From: Eledone cirrhosa
Lineage: Eukaryota
Direction of reading: 5' to 3'
DNA: 64,000 nucleotides
Assembly: GCA_964016885.1 (NCBI GenBank)
Contig: OZ024741.1
Location: 300,762,001-300,826,000 of the forward strand
Under the pieces are notes generated by a model. It saw only the letters and a program-made list of their open reading frames with translations. It was not told where the DNA came from and did no database searches. Both the position numbers and the translations under genes were made by a program. Shown one piece after another: positions 40,337 through 54,039 of this stretch; position 1 is the first letter of the stretch; every line of letters starts with the position of its first letter.

Positions 40337-43300
40337 ATGACCCTCCCCAAGTATAACAATATTTGTTTCGACACACGATTTTATATAAAAAACCTCGCAA
40401 AACTAATTCATCGCCGCCATGGCATTATCTTGTGCCAAGCTGACAGGTTATTGAAAGACACTGTTTTCTGTTATATAAAAACTACAATAACAATAGAACA
40501 AATCCGCTTCTTAAAACACTGTGTTTCCTCCAAAATATACACCACAAACATATCAAAACAAGTAAATAATTTATTATTGAACAAAACACAAGCTGAACGA
40601 CTAAAACACACAATAACAGTTAATATGAAAAGAACAACATACACAAAAGTCAACGAACTTTACAGACAGAAACGCATTAACGTTAAGGAAGTCCGAAATC
40701 TCACCACAGCAAACGAGAGGGATAACTTCATGAGCGTCATCCGACGTGAAACGAAATACGCCCGAAACGAATGCAATAGGCATTTCAATAAGAAATTAGA
40801 ATGGATGAATAAGAAAAAAACTACAAGAAAGGAAAATAGAATATTCTCAAAAATACCCAGATAACATCAACAATATCTGTATGACTGATGTAAAACTACC
40901 TGAAGAATTTACCAATGACCACACAGTAAATATTTATGGGAACACTTTAATCAGTGAACAAGAACAACAAATCCTGCAGCTACCACCAAAATTTGCCATC
41001 TACAAAAAGATTAACCCTATGCAGTGCAAAACGGAGCTGGAAAAATGTTTCACAAAAATACGTTGGAATGCAAAGGTAAACAACAACAACAACAATAATA
41101 ACGGTAGTAGTAATATAAACAATAACTCTGAGTATAGAAACAACAGCCATGACAATAACAATAGCAGGAAAGTGAGAAATAGTAATAATGGTAATAATAC
41201 TAACGATAGACAGAACAACAACAACCACAATAATAATAATAATAATAATAGAAACATTAACCACAGACACAGCAGCAGCGACCACAGTAGTAATAACGGT
41301 AACAATACGAACAACAACAACAATAACCACAGTGGTAATAATGGAAATAGTACATGTGGCAACATCAATGATAGACACAACAAAAACAAGAAACATAATA
41401 AAAGTAAAAACCACAATGGTAGAAATAACAGTAACAACAACAATAACGGTGAAGCAAACAACAATACATCTAGCAATCATAACAATAATAATAATGCCAA
41501 TGATAGAAACAACAACAACCACCATGATAACAATAATAGCAACACACACAACTATGACGATAGATATAATGACAACCCCTTAGAGAAACCATTTTTCAAC
41601 CCAGCTGACAAAACATATAAGATGGGTAATATCTATCCTACGAGGTTACCCTTTAATAAAAGAGTTTGCATACCACAACAAATAGATGACGAGACAGAGG
41701 CACAGTTCACGATAGCTAGAAATAAGATTAGACAAATAGTAGACAGGTATACTAAGAGACAGAGCAGACCAGAGGCCCAACAACTTGGGAGGAAACCTGT
41801 AGAAGGCTTGGTTAGCCTCAAGTAGCGCACAAGGGATGGTGAGGTAGTATGTCTACCCACGGATAAGTCTGGTAGGATGTCAGTAGATAGCATGCCGAAC
41901 TATATCAAGGCTATGCAACCCCACATCACCAATACGAGCGAAATTTCACAACAAACACACGATGGGAGAGAGAAAATCCTCAACCCTCACATGATGATGT
42001 GGAGTGACATCCTAAAGCCAAGCAGACGCACTGCCAACAACTTCCATGCGGCTAACAATGGCATACCATCCTTGTATGGGCTCCGCAAAGACCACAAGAC
42101 AGTCGACGACTCGACAACAGGACCACCAACAAGACCCATATGCGGAGCTAATATAGCTAGTAACTACAGGATCTCCTACTTCCTCTCAATGGTTATACGC
42201 CCCATAATGAAGATGTCCCCAGATGTATGTGACAGTACAGAGGACCTCCTCAGCAGAATCAGTGAGTGCAACAAAAACAGGAACCTATCCAACTGCATAA
42301 TAGGCAGCATGGATGTGGTGTCACTGTACCCATCCATTAACATTGATTTTGCTGTGAAAAGATGTGTGGAGATGATCATTGAGAGTGAGGTGGAGCTCTG
42401 CGACATCGACACAGACGAACTGGGCCTCCTACTTAGACTTACCTACGACACTGACTACCTAGATAGCCATGACCTTAGACGTTTCTGCCCCAGTAGACCT
42501 ATAAGAGGTAGACCCCCCACCATAACCTCAATGGCAAAAACGACTCCCATGAGAAGGTGGATTGGGTGGACCAAAGCTATACAGACCCCCCAAAACAATG
42601 ATCAGGTAAGAAAAATGGTCGCACATACAATAAGGGCTAGTATCAAAACTACCCTAAAGGGCAACATATTTAAGTTCAACGAGAAGATCTACACCCAAAA
42701 TGAGGGAGCAGCCATTGGCGTCAGCATAGCTGGTGATGTTGCCAACCTTTTCATGGTATGGTGGGAAAGGAGACTTAAAGATCTCCTTAATGAGAGCTAC
42801 ATAGACCTCATCATGTACTCTCGTTATGTAGACGATATCAATATAGTTATAAGAACATCCCCACTAGAAAGCACTAACAAGTTTGATTTAGAACGTAGCA
42901 CGATGGAAAGCATCCAACAGATAGCTAATTCCATACACCAGAGTATAACTGTAACTATCGACTTCCCTTCCAAACACCCTAACAATAGACTACCTGTATT
43001 AGACAGAGAACTCTGGATTAACACTACAGACGAGAGAGCCCAAATTCTCCACTCACACTATGCTAAACCCATGGCCTCCAAATACCTGATACTCAAAAAC
43101 TCAGCAATGTCCAGTAGTACTGAGTTAATATTCTGATCGCAGATTTGGTACGAGTGATGAAGAACGTGTCCCACATGTGCGACCCAACAGAAATGGAAAG
43201 ACACATCCAACACTTCATCAACCGCATGCAGTTCTCTGGCTACAACCAAAGAGACAGAGTTAGAGTATACGAAGGAGCCATAGAGAAGTATAAGACCCTC

Positions 43301-43981
43301 ATAGAACTGGACATGAAAGGAATCTGCCCATTATACAGGAGCAAATCATGGAATAGCTTAGATAGGGCTAGACATTAGATAGGGAAAGCCACCTCATGGT
43401 ACGACAACCAGAGATACCAGAGTGTCATGTTTGTGGACGCTACCCCCGGAGGGAAATTAGCTAACCAGTGTAGAAAGGCCCTGAGAAAGACCCACTTAAA
43501 AATTAAGGTGGTAGAAAAGCCAGGAACCACCATAAAATCCCTGATCAGCAAAACCTACCCTTTTTAAGAAAACCCACTGTACCAATAGGAAGTGTATCAT
43601 ATGTAAGCTAACCCCCCGGATAAACTGTAAAACTAGAAACGTAGTCTATAGCATAAGATGTAGAGAGGGTACTTGCAGAAACATGACAACAACATACATA
43701 GGTGTGACAGCTCGTAGCATAGGTGAAAGGATAGACCAACACTGGGGGGAACTAAAAGGACGAAAAACGGGTCAGTACTATACGAACATGCTAGACAACA
43801 ACATGACGGTAACATAGACAACATAGAAATTAGAATAATATCTAAACATAGAAATGACCCAGCAGATAGGGAAATCAGAGAGGCCAGTGAAATAGAACTT
43901 AGAAGGCCAAGACTAAACAGAAAGAATGAATGGAATAACAACAACACCCAAACAAACAACACTGACCTAAGAGAAGTATAA
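40337..43981 (+). pseudogene. Full-length but disrupted PLE polyprotein (N-terminal domain with poly-Asn insert, RT, thumb, GIY-YIG)
   Basis: LQLPPKFA, PTDKSG, IPSLYGLRKDHK, TRPICG, MDVVSLYPSI, QNEGAAIG, RYVDD, LPVLD, KPMAS, CIIC...CKTRNVVYSI and YIG.TARSIGERI..H. Breaks at ~40864, 41823-41825, ~43130 and 43376-43378. Confidence 0.92.
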
Positions 43982-44221
43982 ATAAGTAAATAAAATAAAA
44001 TAAATAAATAAATAAATACATACACAAACACAATAACAACAAGCACATAAACACACACTAGTCACCCATCACACAGCAAACAAAACACTATACACACACG
44101 CAAACGCATGCGCAAAGAAGACAAAATAAAATAAACAAACAAGCAAATAAATAAATAAATATATATACAGACTGAATAAAAATGGCGTAGACATATAATA
44201 CAACAGGAGGAAACGATAACA

Positions 44222-44260
44222 CCACTGACGATGTTGCAGTGTGCAACGAAAGATTTATGA
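44222..44260 (+). ncRNA. Minimal hammerhead ribozyme in downstream pseudo-LTR
   Basis: CTGACGA tgttgca-gtg-tgcaac GAAA gatttat. Confidence 0.72.
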
Positions 44261-44455
44261 TAAACTATATATATGTGTTTGTGTCTATATTGTATCTGTA
44301 TTATTTTTGACCGCCGGTCAGTCAATGGCAACATTGAGGACCGAGTAAGTTAGATTACCGATATAAAAGACACAGAAGCGAAAACCAACCATACAGTGAG
44401 TGTGTTCTGTTATTAATTCTGGCAATATTACACAAATATGACCCTCCCCAAGTAT

Positions 44456-44500
<45 letters not shown>

Positions 44501-44809
44501 AGTTCTATTTAAAATTGTTGGGATACAACAAGTAAATATTTTATAACTGATATAAAGCACTCGACAAGTTTTTGGAGTAGATATACGATATTAAATAAAT
44601 GGAAACCATATTTATAAAATTTCTCTCTCTCCTTTTTCTCTCTCCTTCTCTCTCTCCATTTTTTTCTTTCTCTCCGTCTTTTTCTAACTGTGCTTAACAC
44701 TATAACTAATACAATAATTATAAACATCTCACCTCCAGACAGCTTCCAAAAATAATGGTTGCATCTAATAGGGTACGTCAAAATTATTTATAAAACTGTT
44801 TATATATTG

Positions 44810-44874
44810 TATTTTGTCTGATGAAGGCATACCATATTTTAATTTGGTATCCCTGAAATATGTATAAGGAAATA
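44810..44874 (+). ncRNA. Type I hammerhead in a solo pseudo-LTR-like fragment (44581-44918, bounded by an ~38-bp inverted repeat)
   Basis: CTGATGA aggcatacca-tattttaatt-tggtatccct GAAA tatgta TA aggaaata, followed by aataaa. 44581-44619 is inverted at 44882-44918. Confidence 0.75.
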
Positions 44875-44921
44875 AATATGGTTTTATAAATATAGTTTCC
44901 ATTTATTTAATATCGTATATA

Positions 44922-45052
<131 letters not shown>

Positions 45053-45161
45053 GGAATACAATGAAATGAAATTTCATTTCTCACTCTTAGTACGGCACTT
45101 ACTTAAATGTAAGTATGTATGTATACGTACATGCATATATGTATACAGACGTACAGTAGCA

Positions 45162-45265
<104 letters not shown>

Positions 45266-45422
45266 CAGGCACACATATATATATATATATGCACGTATCA
45301 GTTTACCGAACATTTATTATAATGTTCGCTTTTTTCGTTTGTAAACAAACAGACAGCCTGATTTACGCCGTACAGTGTTCAGGCAACCACGTCACCTTTT
45401 TGTTAAACACTGATACAGGAAC

Positions 45423-45461
45423 GATGTACTAGTTTCAAGCTTGTTAGCTATCGTCAGCACC
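45423..45461 (-). ncRNA. Minimal hammerhead ribozyme
   Basis: Minus strand: ggtg CTGACGA tagc-taacaa-gctt GAAA ctag TA catc. Confidence 0.8.
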
Positions 45462-45615
45462 GTATACCTTTCTACCAGATGGTTGAACGTTCGAAAGTAT
45501 ATTCTTTCCTTATGAAAATTAACGGCTGAGCAGCCTAATTTGCATATGGAGTGAGTTCAGTCGGCCAGGCGCACCGAAAACGATAAATGGATTAGCATCT
45601 GGCAGAAAGGTATAC

Positions 45616-45654
45616 GGTGCTGACGATAGCTAACAAGCTTGAAACTAGTACATC
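45616..45654 (+). ncRNA. Minimal hammerhead ribozyme
   Basis: ggtg CTGACGA tagc-taacaa-gctt GAAA ctag TA catc, with an ACTAGT palindromic stem III. Confidence 0.8.
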
Positions 45655-45807
45655 TTTCCTGTGTCAGTGTTGAACAAAAAGGTGACGTGGTTGCCTGAAC
45701 ACTGTACGGCGTAAATCAGGCTGTCTGTTTGTTTACAAACGAACAAAGCGAACATTATAATAAATGTTCGGTAAACTTATACGTGCATATATATATATGT
45801 GTGCCTG

Positions 45808-45859
<52 letters not shown>

Positions 45860-46123
45860 TGCTACTGTACGTCTGTATACATATATGTATGTACGTATAC
45901 ATACATACATACTTACATTTAAGTAAGTGCCGTACTGAGAGTGAGAAATGAAATTTCATTTCATTCTATTCCATTTATCGTTTTCGGTGCGCCTGGCCGA
46001 CTGAACTCACTCGATATACAAATTAGGCTGCTCAGCCGTTAATTTTCATAAGGAAAGTATATACTTTCGAACGTTCAACCATCTGTGCCTGTATGTATAT
46101 ATATATAAGAACGGAAAGGACTC

Positions 46124-46154
<31 letters not shown>

Positions 46155-46608
46155 CGGAAAGGACTCTATATTGCAATCACAGACTCAAGGCTACGTTCTC
46201 GAAATACAAACCTGGCTTGATTTGATCCTGCGACTTCTGCTTTCCTCTATCTTCCTTCTACCTCCTCTATCTGTCCCCATGGATTATTGCTATGCCTTCT
46301 ATTGACCACATCTCCCCTATTCAACATCTCCTCCTACATACTTTACAAGTCACTCGGCCTAATCTCCCCTGCCTCCATCTATCATAGATTATAAACCTAT
46401 CAACGTCTACCATCTCCCTAGCACACACACAGTTGGACTAGTCCATATCTAGACTTCATTATCGTATTTTATCCTCCCCTCTGTTTTACCTCAACAACCA
46501 TGAAAAAAAAACCTATCTCTCTCGTCTTTGTCACATCCTCCTTCTTCTCTACTTCAACTTCACATGAATTCCTATAAAAACAGGAACATTCTGGTACGGT
46601 AAACATAA

Positions 46609-46723
46609 TCTCTGATGATATGGAATCGATTGTGCATTGGATGTCGAATGCTCTACTAACTATATAATATTATAGATGCAGCAAGATCTTGGAAAATTGA
46701 TGTCTATTGAAACGTACGTTAGA
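46609..46723 (+). ncRNA. Candidate hammerhead with ~90-nt stem II region
   Basis: tct CTGATGA tatggaatcgatt ... aattgatgtctatt GAAA cgtacg TT aga, then aataaa and (TA)n. Confidence 0.6.
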
Positions 46724-46764
46724 ACCGAATAAATCTCTTTTACTGCTTCTTTCTGTTCTTTTTT

Positions 46765-46804
<40 letters not shown>

Positions 46805-46854
46805 TGCTACTGTACGTCTGTATACATATATGTATGTACGTACACATACATACT

Positions 46855-46901
<47 letters not shown>

Positions 46902-46902
<1 letters not shown>

Positions 46903-47001
46903 CGTGGGAAAGTAAAAAATCGGACAATAGACCGTTAAAACATGCTGTTTTAAATAAACATGTTTTAACGGTCTATTCTCCGATTTTTTACTTTCCCACG
47001 T
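46902..47001. repeat. ~43-bp-arm palindrome abutting (TA)n
   Basis: acgtgggaaagtaaaaaatcggacaatagaccgttaaaacatg ... catgttttaacggtctattctccgattttttactttcccacgt. Confidence 0.85.
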
Positions 47002-47160
47002 GCTTACGCTCTGCTAAATCTCTAGCCCACTAAATATTAACACTTCGAATATTTAATACTGCCGGCACTAGTATCGAGCACCTTTGGCATACGCTACTTG
47101 GCAAATAACTATATGTATCACCTAACCTCCCCTTTTTTTCTCTTTCTCGATACGTAAATA

Positions 47161-47216
<56 letters not shown>

Positions 47217-47241
47217 GTGTATATATATATATATATATATT

Positions 47242-47287
<46 letters not shown>

Positions 47288-47295
47288 TACATAAC

Positions 47296-47330
<35 letters not shown>

Positions 47331-47429
47331 ATGCATGTGTGTGTGTGTGTGTCTGATGGTAGCTAAGATGCTTCCATAGGCGGTATGCTGGTTGAGCACT
47401 CTATGCTCTTACAGAGCAGAGTATGATAG

Positions 47430-47642
47430 ACTAGAAAACGAAAAATCAGTGATGCATCTGAACTCAATTTATTGTGTGTTACAGATGTTTCGCCGGCGAA
47501 ACAACTGTAATACCGTCGAACCTGCGGGTCAGAATCAGACAGATCCAAACAATTATCGCTTCTCGAGCTGTCCGCCGGCGAAACAACTGTAACACACAAT
47601 AAATTGAGTTCAGATGCATCACTGATTTTTCATTTTCTATTC
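47430..47642. repeat. Fold-back element (~65-bp arms) containing a GAAA-caactg-TA half-motif
   Basis: gaaaaatcagtgatgcatctgaactcaatttattgtgtgttacag..tttcgccggcg is inverted at 47573-47640. Confidence 0.8.
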
Positions 47643-48194
47643 TCCCTCTCTATATATATATGTATATATACATACGTATATTTATATATATTCATGTATA
47701 TATATGTCATACGTCTTTATTATTGTACTTCTACATACGAACATTTCCATTTGGCACACTAAACCTCTCCTGCATTGTCAACTAGTCCCCAGTGGAACCT
47801 TTATCTGTAAAAGAATATATATTTAGAGATAGCAACCAGTTTTATCAGGTATAGCATTGATAATAGCAATTTTTAATATGTAGATATATATAGATCTCGT
47901 ATATATCTAAAGAATATAAAATGATAAATATAAAACAATCAACAGATAATCTCTAAAAAGAAGCTGTAACGGGATGATTGAAACCACAATCAAAAGTGAC
48001 ATAGCAATAGCATCATATTTCGCATTTTATAGCAGTGGTTATGTTCCCAAGATCCTAAGTATAAACGTGCCTTTGTATTGCCTGTTCACGATAGGTTTAA
48101 CAATTGTTGCCTGTGGAATGCATATACAAAATAACTACATAGGAACGCTTATTTAAATATTCAACATGAACTTTCATGTTTAAGCTTTCATAAA

Positions 48195-48283
<89 letters not shown>

Positions 48284-48339
48284 TAAAACATGTCTATAGA
48301 ATCACCATAAAGTGACCCGTTGCAAAACACGTATATGTA

Positions 48340-48390
<51 letters not shown>

Positions 48391-48399
48391 CTTTATATT

Positions 48400-48496
<97 letters not shown>

Positions 48497-48498
<2 letters not shown>

Positions 48499-50160
48499 CG
48501 GCGATGAATTAGTTTTGCGAGGTTTTTTATATGAAATCGTGTGTCGAAACAAATATTGTTATACTTGGGGATGGTCATATTTGTGTAATATTGCCAGAAT
48601 TAATAACAGAACACACTCACTGTTCGGTTGGTTTTTGCTTCTGTGTCTTTTATATCAGTAATCTAATTTATTCCGTCCTCAATGTTGCCATTGACTGACC
48701 GACGGTCAAAAATAATACAGATACAATATAGACACAAACACATATATATAGTTTATCAAAGTTCTTTCGTTGCACATCTGCAACATCGTCAGTGGTGCTA
48801 TTGTTTCTTCCCGTTACATTGTATGTCTACGCCATTTTTATTTAGTCTGTCTATATATTTATTTATTTATTTGTTTGTTTGTTTATTTTATTTTGTCTTC
48901 TTTGCGCATGCGTTTGCGTGTGTGTAGTGTTTTGTTTGATGTGTGTTCGTGATTGGGTGACTGTGTATCGGTTAATGTATTCTATATTTACTACTGTGTG
49001 TTGATATGTGTTTGTTGTTATTGTGCTTGTGTATGTATTTATTTATTTATTTATTTATCTATTTATTTATTTATTTATACTTCTCTTAGGTCAGTGTTGT
49101 TTGTTTGGGTGTTGTTGTTATTCCATTCATTCTGTCTGTTTAGTCTTGGCCTTCTAAGTTCTATTTCACTGGCCTCTCTGATTTGCCTATCTGCTGGGTC
49201 ATTTCTATGTTTAGATATTATTCTAATTTCTATGTTGTCTATGTTACCGTCGTGTTGTTGTCTGGCATGTTCGTATAGTACTGACCCGTTTTTTCGTCCT
49301 TTTAGTTCCCCCCAGTGTTGGTCTTTCCTTTCACCTATGCTACGAGCTGTCTCGCCTATGTATGTTGTTGTCATGTTTCTGCAGGTACCCTCTGTACATC
49401 TTATGCCATAGACTACGTTTCTAGTTTTACAGTTTATCCGGGAGTTTACCTTACATATGATACATTTCCTATTAGTACAGTGGGTTTTCTTAAAAGGGTA
49501 GGTTTAGCTGCTGATCAGGGATTGTATGGTGGTTCCTGGCTTTTCTACCACCTTAATCTTTAAGTGGGTCATTCTCAGGGCCTTTCTACACTGGTTAGCT
49601 AATTTCCCTCCAGAGCTAGCGTCCACAAACATGACACTCTGGTATCTCTGGTTGTCGTACCATGAGGTGGCTTTCCCTATCTTATGTCTAGCCCTATCTA
49701 AGCTATTCCATGATTTGCTCCTGTATAATGGGCAAATTCCTTTCATATCCAGTTCTATGAGGGTCTTATACTTCTCCATGGCTCCTTCGTATACTCTGAC
49801 TCTGTCTCTTTGGTTGTAGCCAGAGAACTGCATGTGGTTGATGAAGTGTTGGATGTGTCTTTTCCATTTCTGTTGGATCGCACATGCGGGACACATTCTT
49901 CACCACTCGTACCAAATCTGCGATTAGAATATTAAACTTAGCACTACTGGACATTGCTGAGATTTTGAGTATCAGGTATTCGGAGGCCATGGGTTTAGCA
50001 TAGTGTGAGTGGAGAATTTGGGCTCTCTCGTCTATAGTGTTAATCCAGAGTTCCGTGTCTAGTACAGGTAGTCTATTTTTATGGTGTTTGGAAGGGAAGT
50101 CGATAGTTACAGTTATACTCTGGTGTATGGAATTAGCTATCTGCTGGATGCTTTCCATTG
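48497..50160 (-). mobile_element. 5'-truncated copy of the Nematis-like PLE family (thumb + GIY-YIG + pseudo-LTR with HHR at 48756-48795)
   Basis: ORFs 49766-50158, 49504-49896 and 49075-49374 are nearly identical in protein to 42903-43981. A 3' extension into the ORF start ([15 protein letters not shown]) ends at (TA)n. Confidence 0.93.
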
Positions 50161-50815
50161 AATAATATTTTAAACCTTACAAAAAAAGATAGACTGAATT
50201 TCTTGTTTATATTTTAATTCTTTAGCTTAGAAAGATAAAGCGTTGGACTATAAATGTATTTTTTAAAATCATAAATTACATTAATAATACCGACATTTCT
50301 CTTTATCAAATCACATTTTGTGATACCAAATCATGAAAATGTGCGCGTAATTGTTTAAAAGGTTTCCACTTGCATGCAACAAAATTTAATAAAGGAGATA
50401 AATCATTTTCCGCACCATTACATTTTATATTCGGGAACATTTGGTTCACACATGTTAATCCGTTTTCTGTAAAAAACTAGGGTCGAATGTTACATGAGAT
50501 ACATAGAAATAAAATTTTTTTCGCTAATACATAACAGCTTCACTGTAAGATGGCGTTATATACGATATACGAATCAAATAAATTAAGGAATGTTGCTTCT
50601 GAACCACAAATATAAAAAAAATACAGTTATATTTATTAAAATGTATTTATCAGCTAGATTAGAATGTTAATAGTGATTAATTGATCAAGCTTTAATTCAT
50701 TTCTAATGTCACTTACGGACACACTGTAGGAGAAGTGATTTGCAGATCTCTGAGAGTTTCAGCTAATATATCATGAGTAGACTGAAAGATGATAAGAATG
50801 CAGTGGTTTCTGTAG

Positions 50816-50854
<39 letters not shown>

Positions 50855-51141
50855 CGTGTGTGTGTGTGGGGGGGGGGGATGTGTGCGTTTCTATGTGTGT
50901 GTGCGTGTGTGTCTGCGCGTCTGTATACATAATTGATATATATATATATATATTTGGTAGGAATCGAAGCTGTCGCCGTAATAGATCAGATACTAATCGA
51001 ATTGTTTAAGGCGGTAACAAAGCACTCAATGAAGCGAGAAGTTAATACATTATCGTCCAGAGTAATAACAAAGTTAAGAATGTGTCATACCAAGAAAAGC
51101 GACCATAAGCAGTGACCATACTTATACCCCAACAACTATAA

Positions 51142-51217
<76 letters not shown>

Positions 51218-51285
51218 GTAGAACACTGGAAGGTAATATCTGTAGTGGTAGAGCACTCAGTCCATGGGACGAGTTAGAAAGAAGA

Positions 51286-52330
51286 GGTTACACAACAGTT
51301 AGTTCACCATACCGAGAACAATTGTTTCAGCTTAGCGGATCCTCAGCTCGTAATGGGCATGGTTAGCGTAGTTTTCTTAGACATTAATTTAGACCTTGAT
51401 ACACACACCTACAGACCGTTCCATAAGCTAAACGAAAAACTCAATTATATTCACAAGGACTCATTACACCCTCACACTGTTTTTAGAAACTTCGTAAATA
51501 ATATCAGTACTAGAATCTCAAACTTCTCCTCTAATAAGGCTATTTTTGCCAGGGCGGCACACTACTATAACACGGCGTTAGCTAGCAGAAGAAAGAAAGC
51601 GCAACAATAGACAAACTATCTGGTTCTCTCCTCCCTTCTCACTCAACGTTAAAACCAATGTAGGCAAAAAATTGCTAGCCCTCTTAGATAGGCTCTTCCC
51701 CATAGGTCATAAATACCGCTCCATCTTTAACCGACACAAAGTAAAACTAGGGTACTCCTGCGCTAAGAACATGAAGGCCCACATCACCAGCAGCTCTAGG
51801 AGCAACACCCCACCAGGGTGCTCTTGCCGTAAGCCCGAAGCTTGCCCCCTTCAACAGCAATGCAACACACCAGCTGTAATTTATGAAGCTGTGGTCACTT
51901 CCAACCGACCACATCAACCAGAGGAGGTCAAATCCTATGTGGGCATGGCGGAGGGCCGATTTAAGGAACGTTTCCTGAACCATCAGTCGACCTGTAGGTA
52001 CCAGGACAGACGTTCATCCACGAAACTCGCGAGCCACGTATGGTCCCTCAAGGACTCAAGTATAGACTACTCCATTCAATGGAAAGCCATCGTTAAGTCC
52101 AAGCTATACGCAAGGGGAAATCCGTCGTGTGGACTGTGTATTGACGAACGAATAAATATTTTAAAGAGATTATACAATAGTGTTGCCTGTGTGAAATGAC
52201 GGGTTTCTGCGCATGCGCCTTCGTAGGGTTGTCCTTCCTGTTCCGTATAACCATGCCCATTACCAGGTGAGGATCCGCTAAGATGAAAGAAATGTTCTCG
52301 GTCTGGTGAACTAACTGTTGTGTAACCACT
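51286..52330 (+). mobile_element. 5'-truncated Hydra-like PLE with short inverted pseudo-LTR carrying an HHR
   Basis: FLDINLDL...YRPFHK...IWFSPPFS...FPIGHKYRSIFNR...CSCRKPEACPL...VIYEAVV...YVGMAEGRFKERFLNH...CGLC. 51286-51365 is inverted at 52250-52328. HHR cgag CTGAGGA...GAAA caattg TT ctcg lies at 51313-51350 (-). Confidence 0.9.
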
Positions 52331-52434
52331 TATATATATATATATATATTAGAGATAGAACAGATATTCTATACCATTTCCTGTCAGCATGACTTGGCAA
52401 GCTATTTAGAACACTGGTTTGACAACTTTACTTC

Positions 52435-52470
52435 CCTCTGAAGAAGAGATATTATCTCGAAAATTTAGGA
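52435..52470 (+). ncRNA. Minimal hammerhead in an orphan fragment between TA tracts
   Basis: cct CTGAAGA agagat-att-atctc GAAA att TT agg. Confidence 0.65.
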
Positions 52471-52591
52471 CAATTAAATAAATCTAAGGTAAAAGACTAA
52501 TTGTCAACAATATCTTTTGCATTTGCATTCTTTATTCTATGTCCATACCTGCATTGTTTTGGCTTTATTATACATATACAAGCGTTGATAT

Positions 52592-52697
<106 letters not shown>

Positions 52698-53400
52698 TGA
52701 GAGTCTTCGAAACAGGAACCGGGAAGACTACAAGTCAAAGGAGTAGTCGATAGATGCTAAGATGCAGAGTGGGTATATTAGTGAAAAAAAGTACATCTAC
52801 CACGATCTCGCAGGTTTCAGCTAGTTACCGCTGAGTTCACGGTAGATCCTCAACTAAATATGTACCTTAGCATGTACCGAGTAATTCTTTGGCTTATGGT
52901 CTTCCCGGTCCCAGTTTCGCAGTCTGGTGATATATATGTATATATATATATATATATATTGCATTGTTTCTGCATACATTTCTAACACGATATCTTACTT
53001 TCTTCTTGCCTTTTTCTTCCTTTACGTGTTTCTTCTTTTCTTTTCCTTTGTTTCATTCATGAAACCTTTGTACTATAAAAATCTCAAAACTTCTTCCATG
53101 ATAACACATACAATTCAATGTGTATTTGTTATAGCTTTATTGCTATAAGTTATTGTTTTGTCTTGTCTCGTACTCCACTGGAGAGCGCTTTGGTTTGAGT
53201 CAGACGCTGTGAACACAGGCGGACCAGCAGTACCGTTGGTAGGGCCGGAACTGTAAACGGCCATCTCAACGGCCCATGGAGTTCTGTGTCTTTCGTTCGT
53301 ATTTTTATTTTCAGAAAATAATTTGTTATGGTTTTCCCTTAAGAATATAATTGATTTTCGTTTTGCCTTTTTTCGTTGTCTTGTCCTCTCTTTTAGTTTA

Positions 53401-53522
<122 letters not shown>

Positions 53523-53837
53523 ACACACACACACATGTATATGTATATATATATATATAAATAAAACAAAGAAGGTGGGGTAAGATACCAGGTGGTCCAT
53601 AACGCACCAGAGTCCTCGATACTTAGAGTAGTACGAAATCTTCAGGAATGTCCTGTGCATACGAAGGGAACAGTTCAGGCCCTGTAGATGTCATTTATAT
53701 ATATCTATATCCAAAATTAAGATAAATCAAAGTGAATTTAATCTAAATCAAAATTATGGGTGTCATGCCAGAAAGGCATGCGCCATATCACCCGTAAAAT
53801 AAGCTCCAAGATTCTAATGAATAGGTCCGAGCATTTA

Positions 53838-54008
53838 ATAACAACAAGAAATTGATTAACATATAAATAAACATATGAAACAATCACAGGGGATAATTCT
53901 TATAAGTGTGTAAGCACACATAGCTAGGTAGGTAACTAAATAAAGTTAACTAGAACTTCAAAAATATGTTTCATATGTTTATTAATATGTTAATCAATTT
54001 CTAGTTGT

Positions 54009-54010
<2 letters not shown>
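53838..54010. repeat. Fold-back terminus, same family as 36785-36907
   Basis: taacaacaagaaattgattaacatataaataaacatatgaaac is inverted at 53967-54010. The interior matches 36790-36860 in reverse. Confidence 0.75.

Positions 54011-54039
<29 letters not shown>

Larger units (their letters stand above)
38971..44460 (+). mobile_element. Partial-tandem Nematis-like PLE: 5'-truncated copy (38971-40360) followed by a full-length ~4.1-kb unit, ending in (TA)n
   Basis: 38971-40360 repeats at 43066-44460. The ORF start atgaccctccccaagtataac occurs at 40337 and again as a 3' extension at 44438. Confidence 0.93.

Noticed and set aside
40980-41583. Leu/Val/Ile-rich, membrane-protein-like ORFs overlapping the poly-Asn tract
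   Set aside because: They are alternative frames and the antisense of an AAC/AAT repeat.
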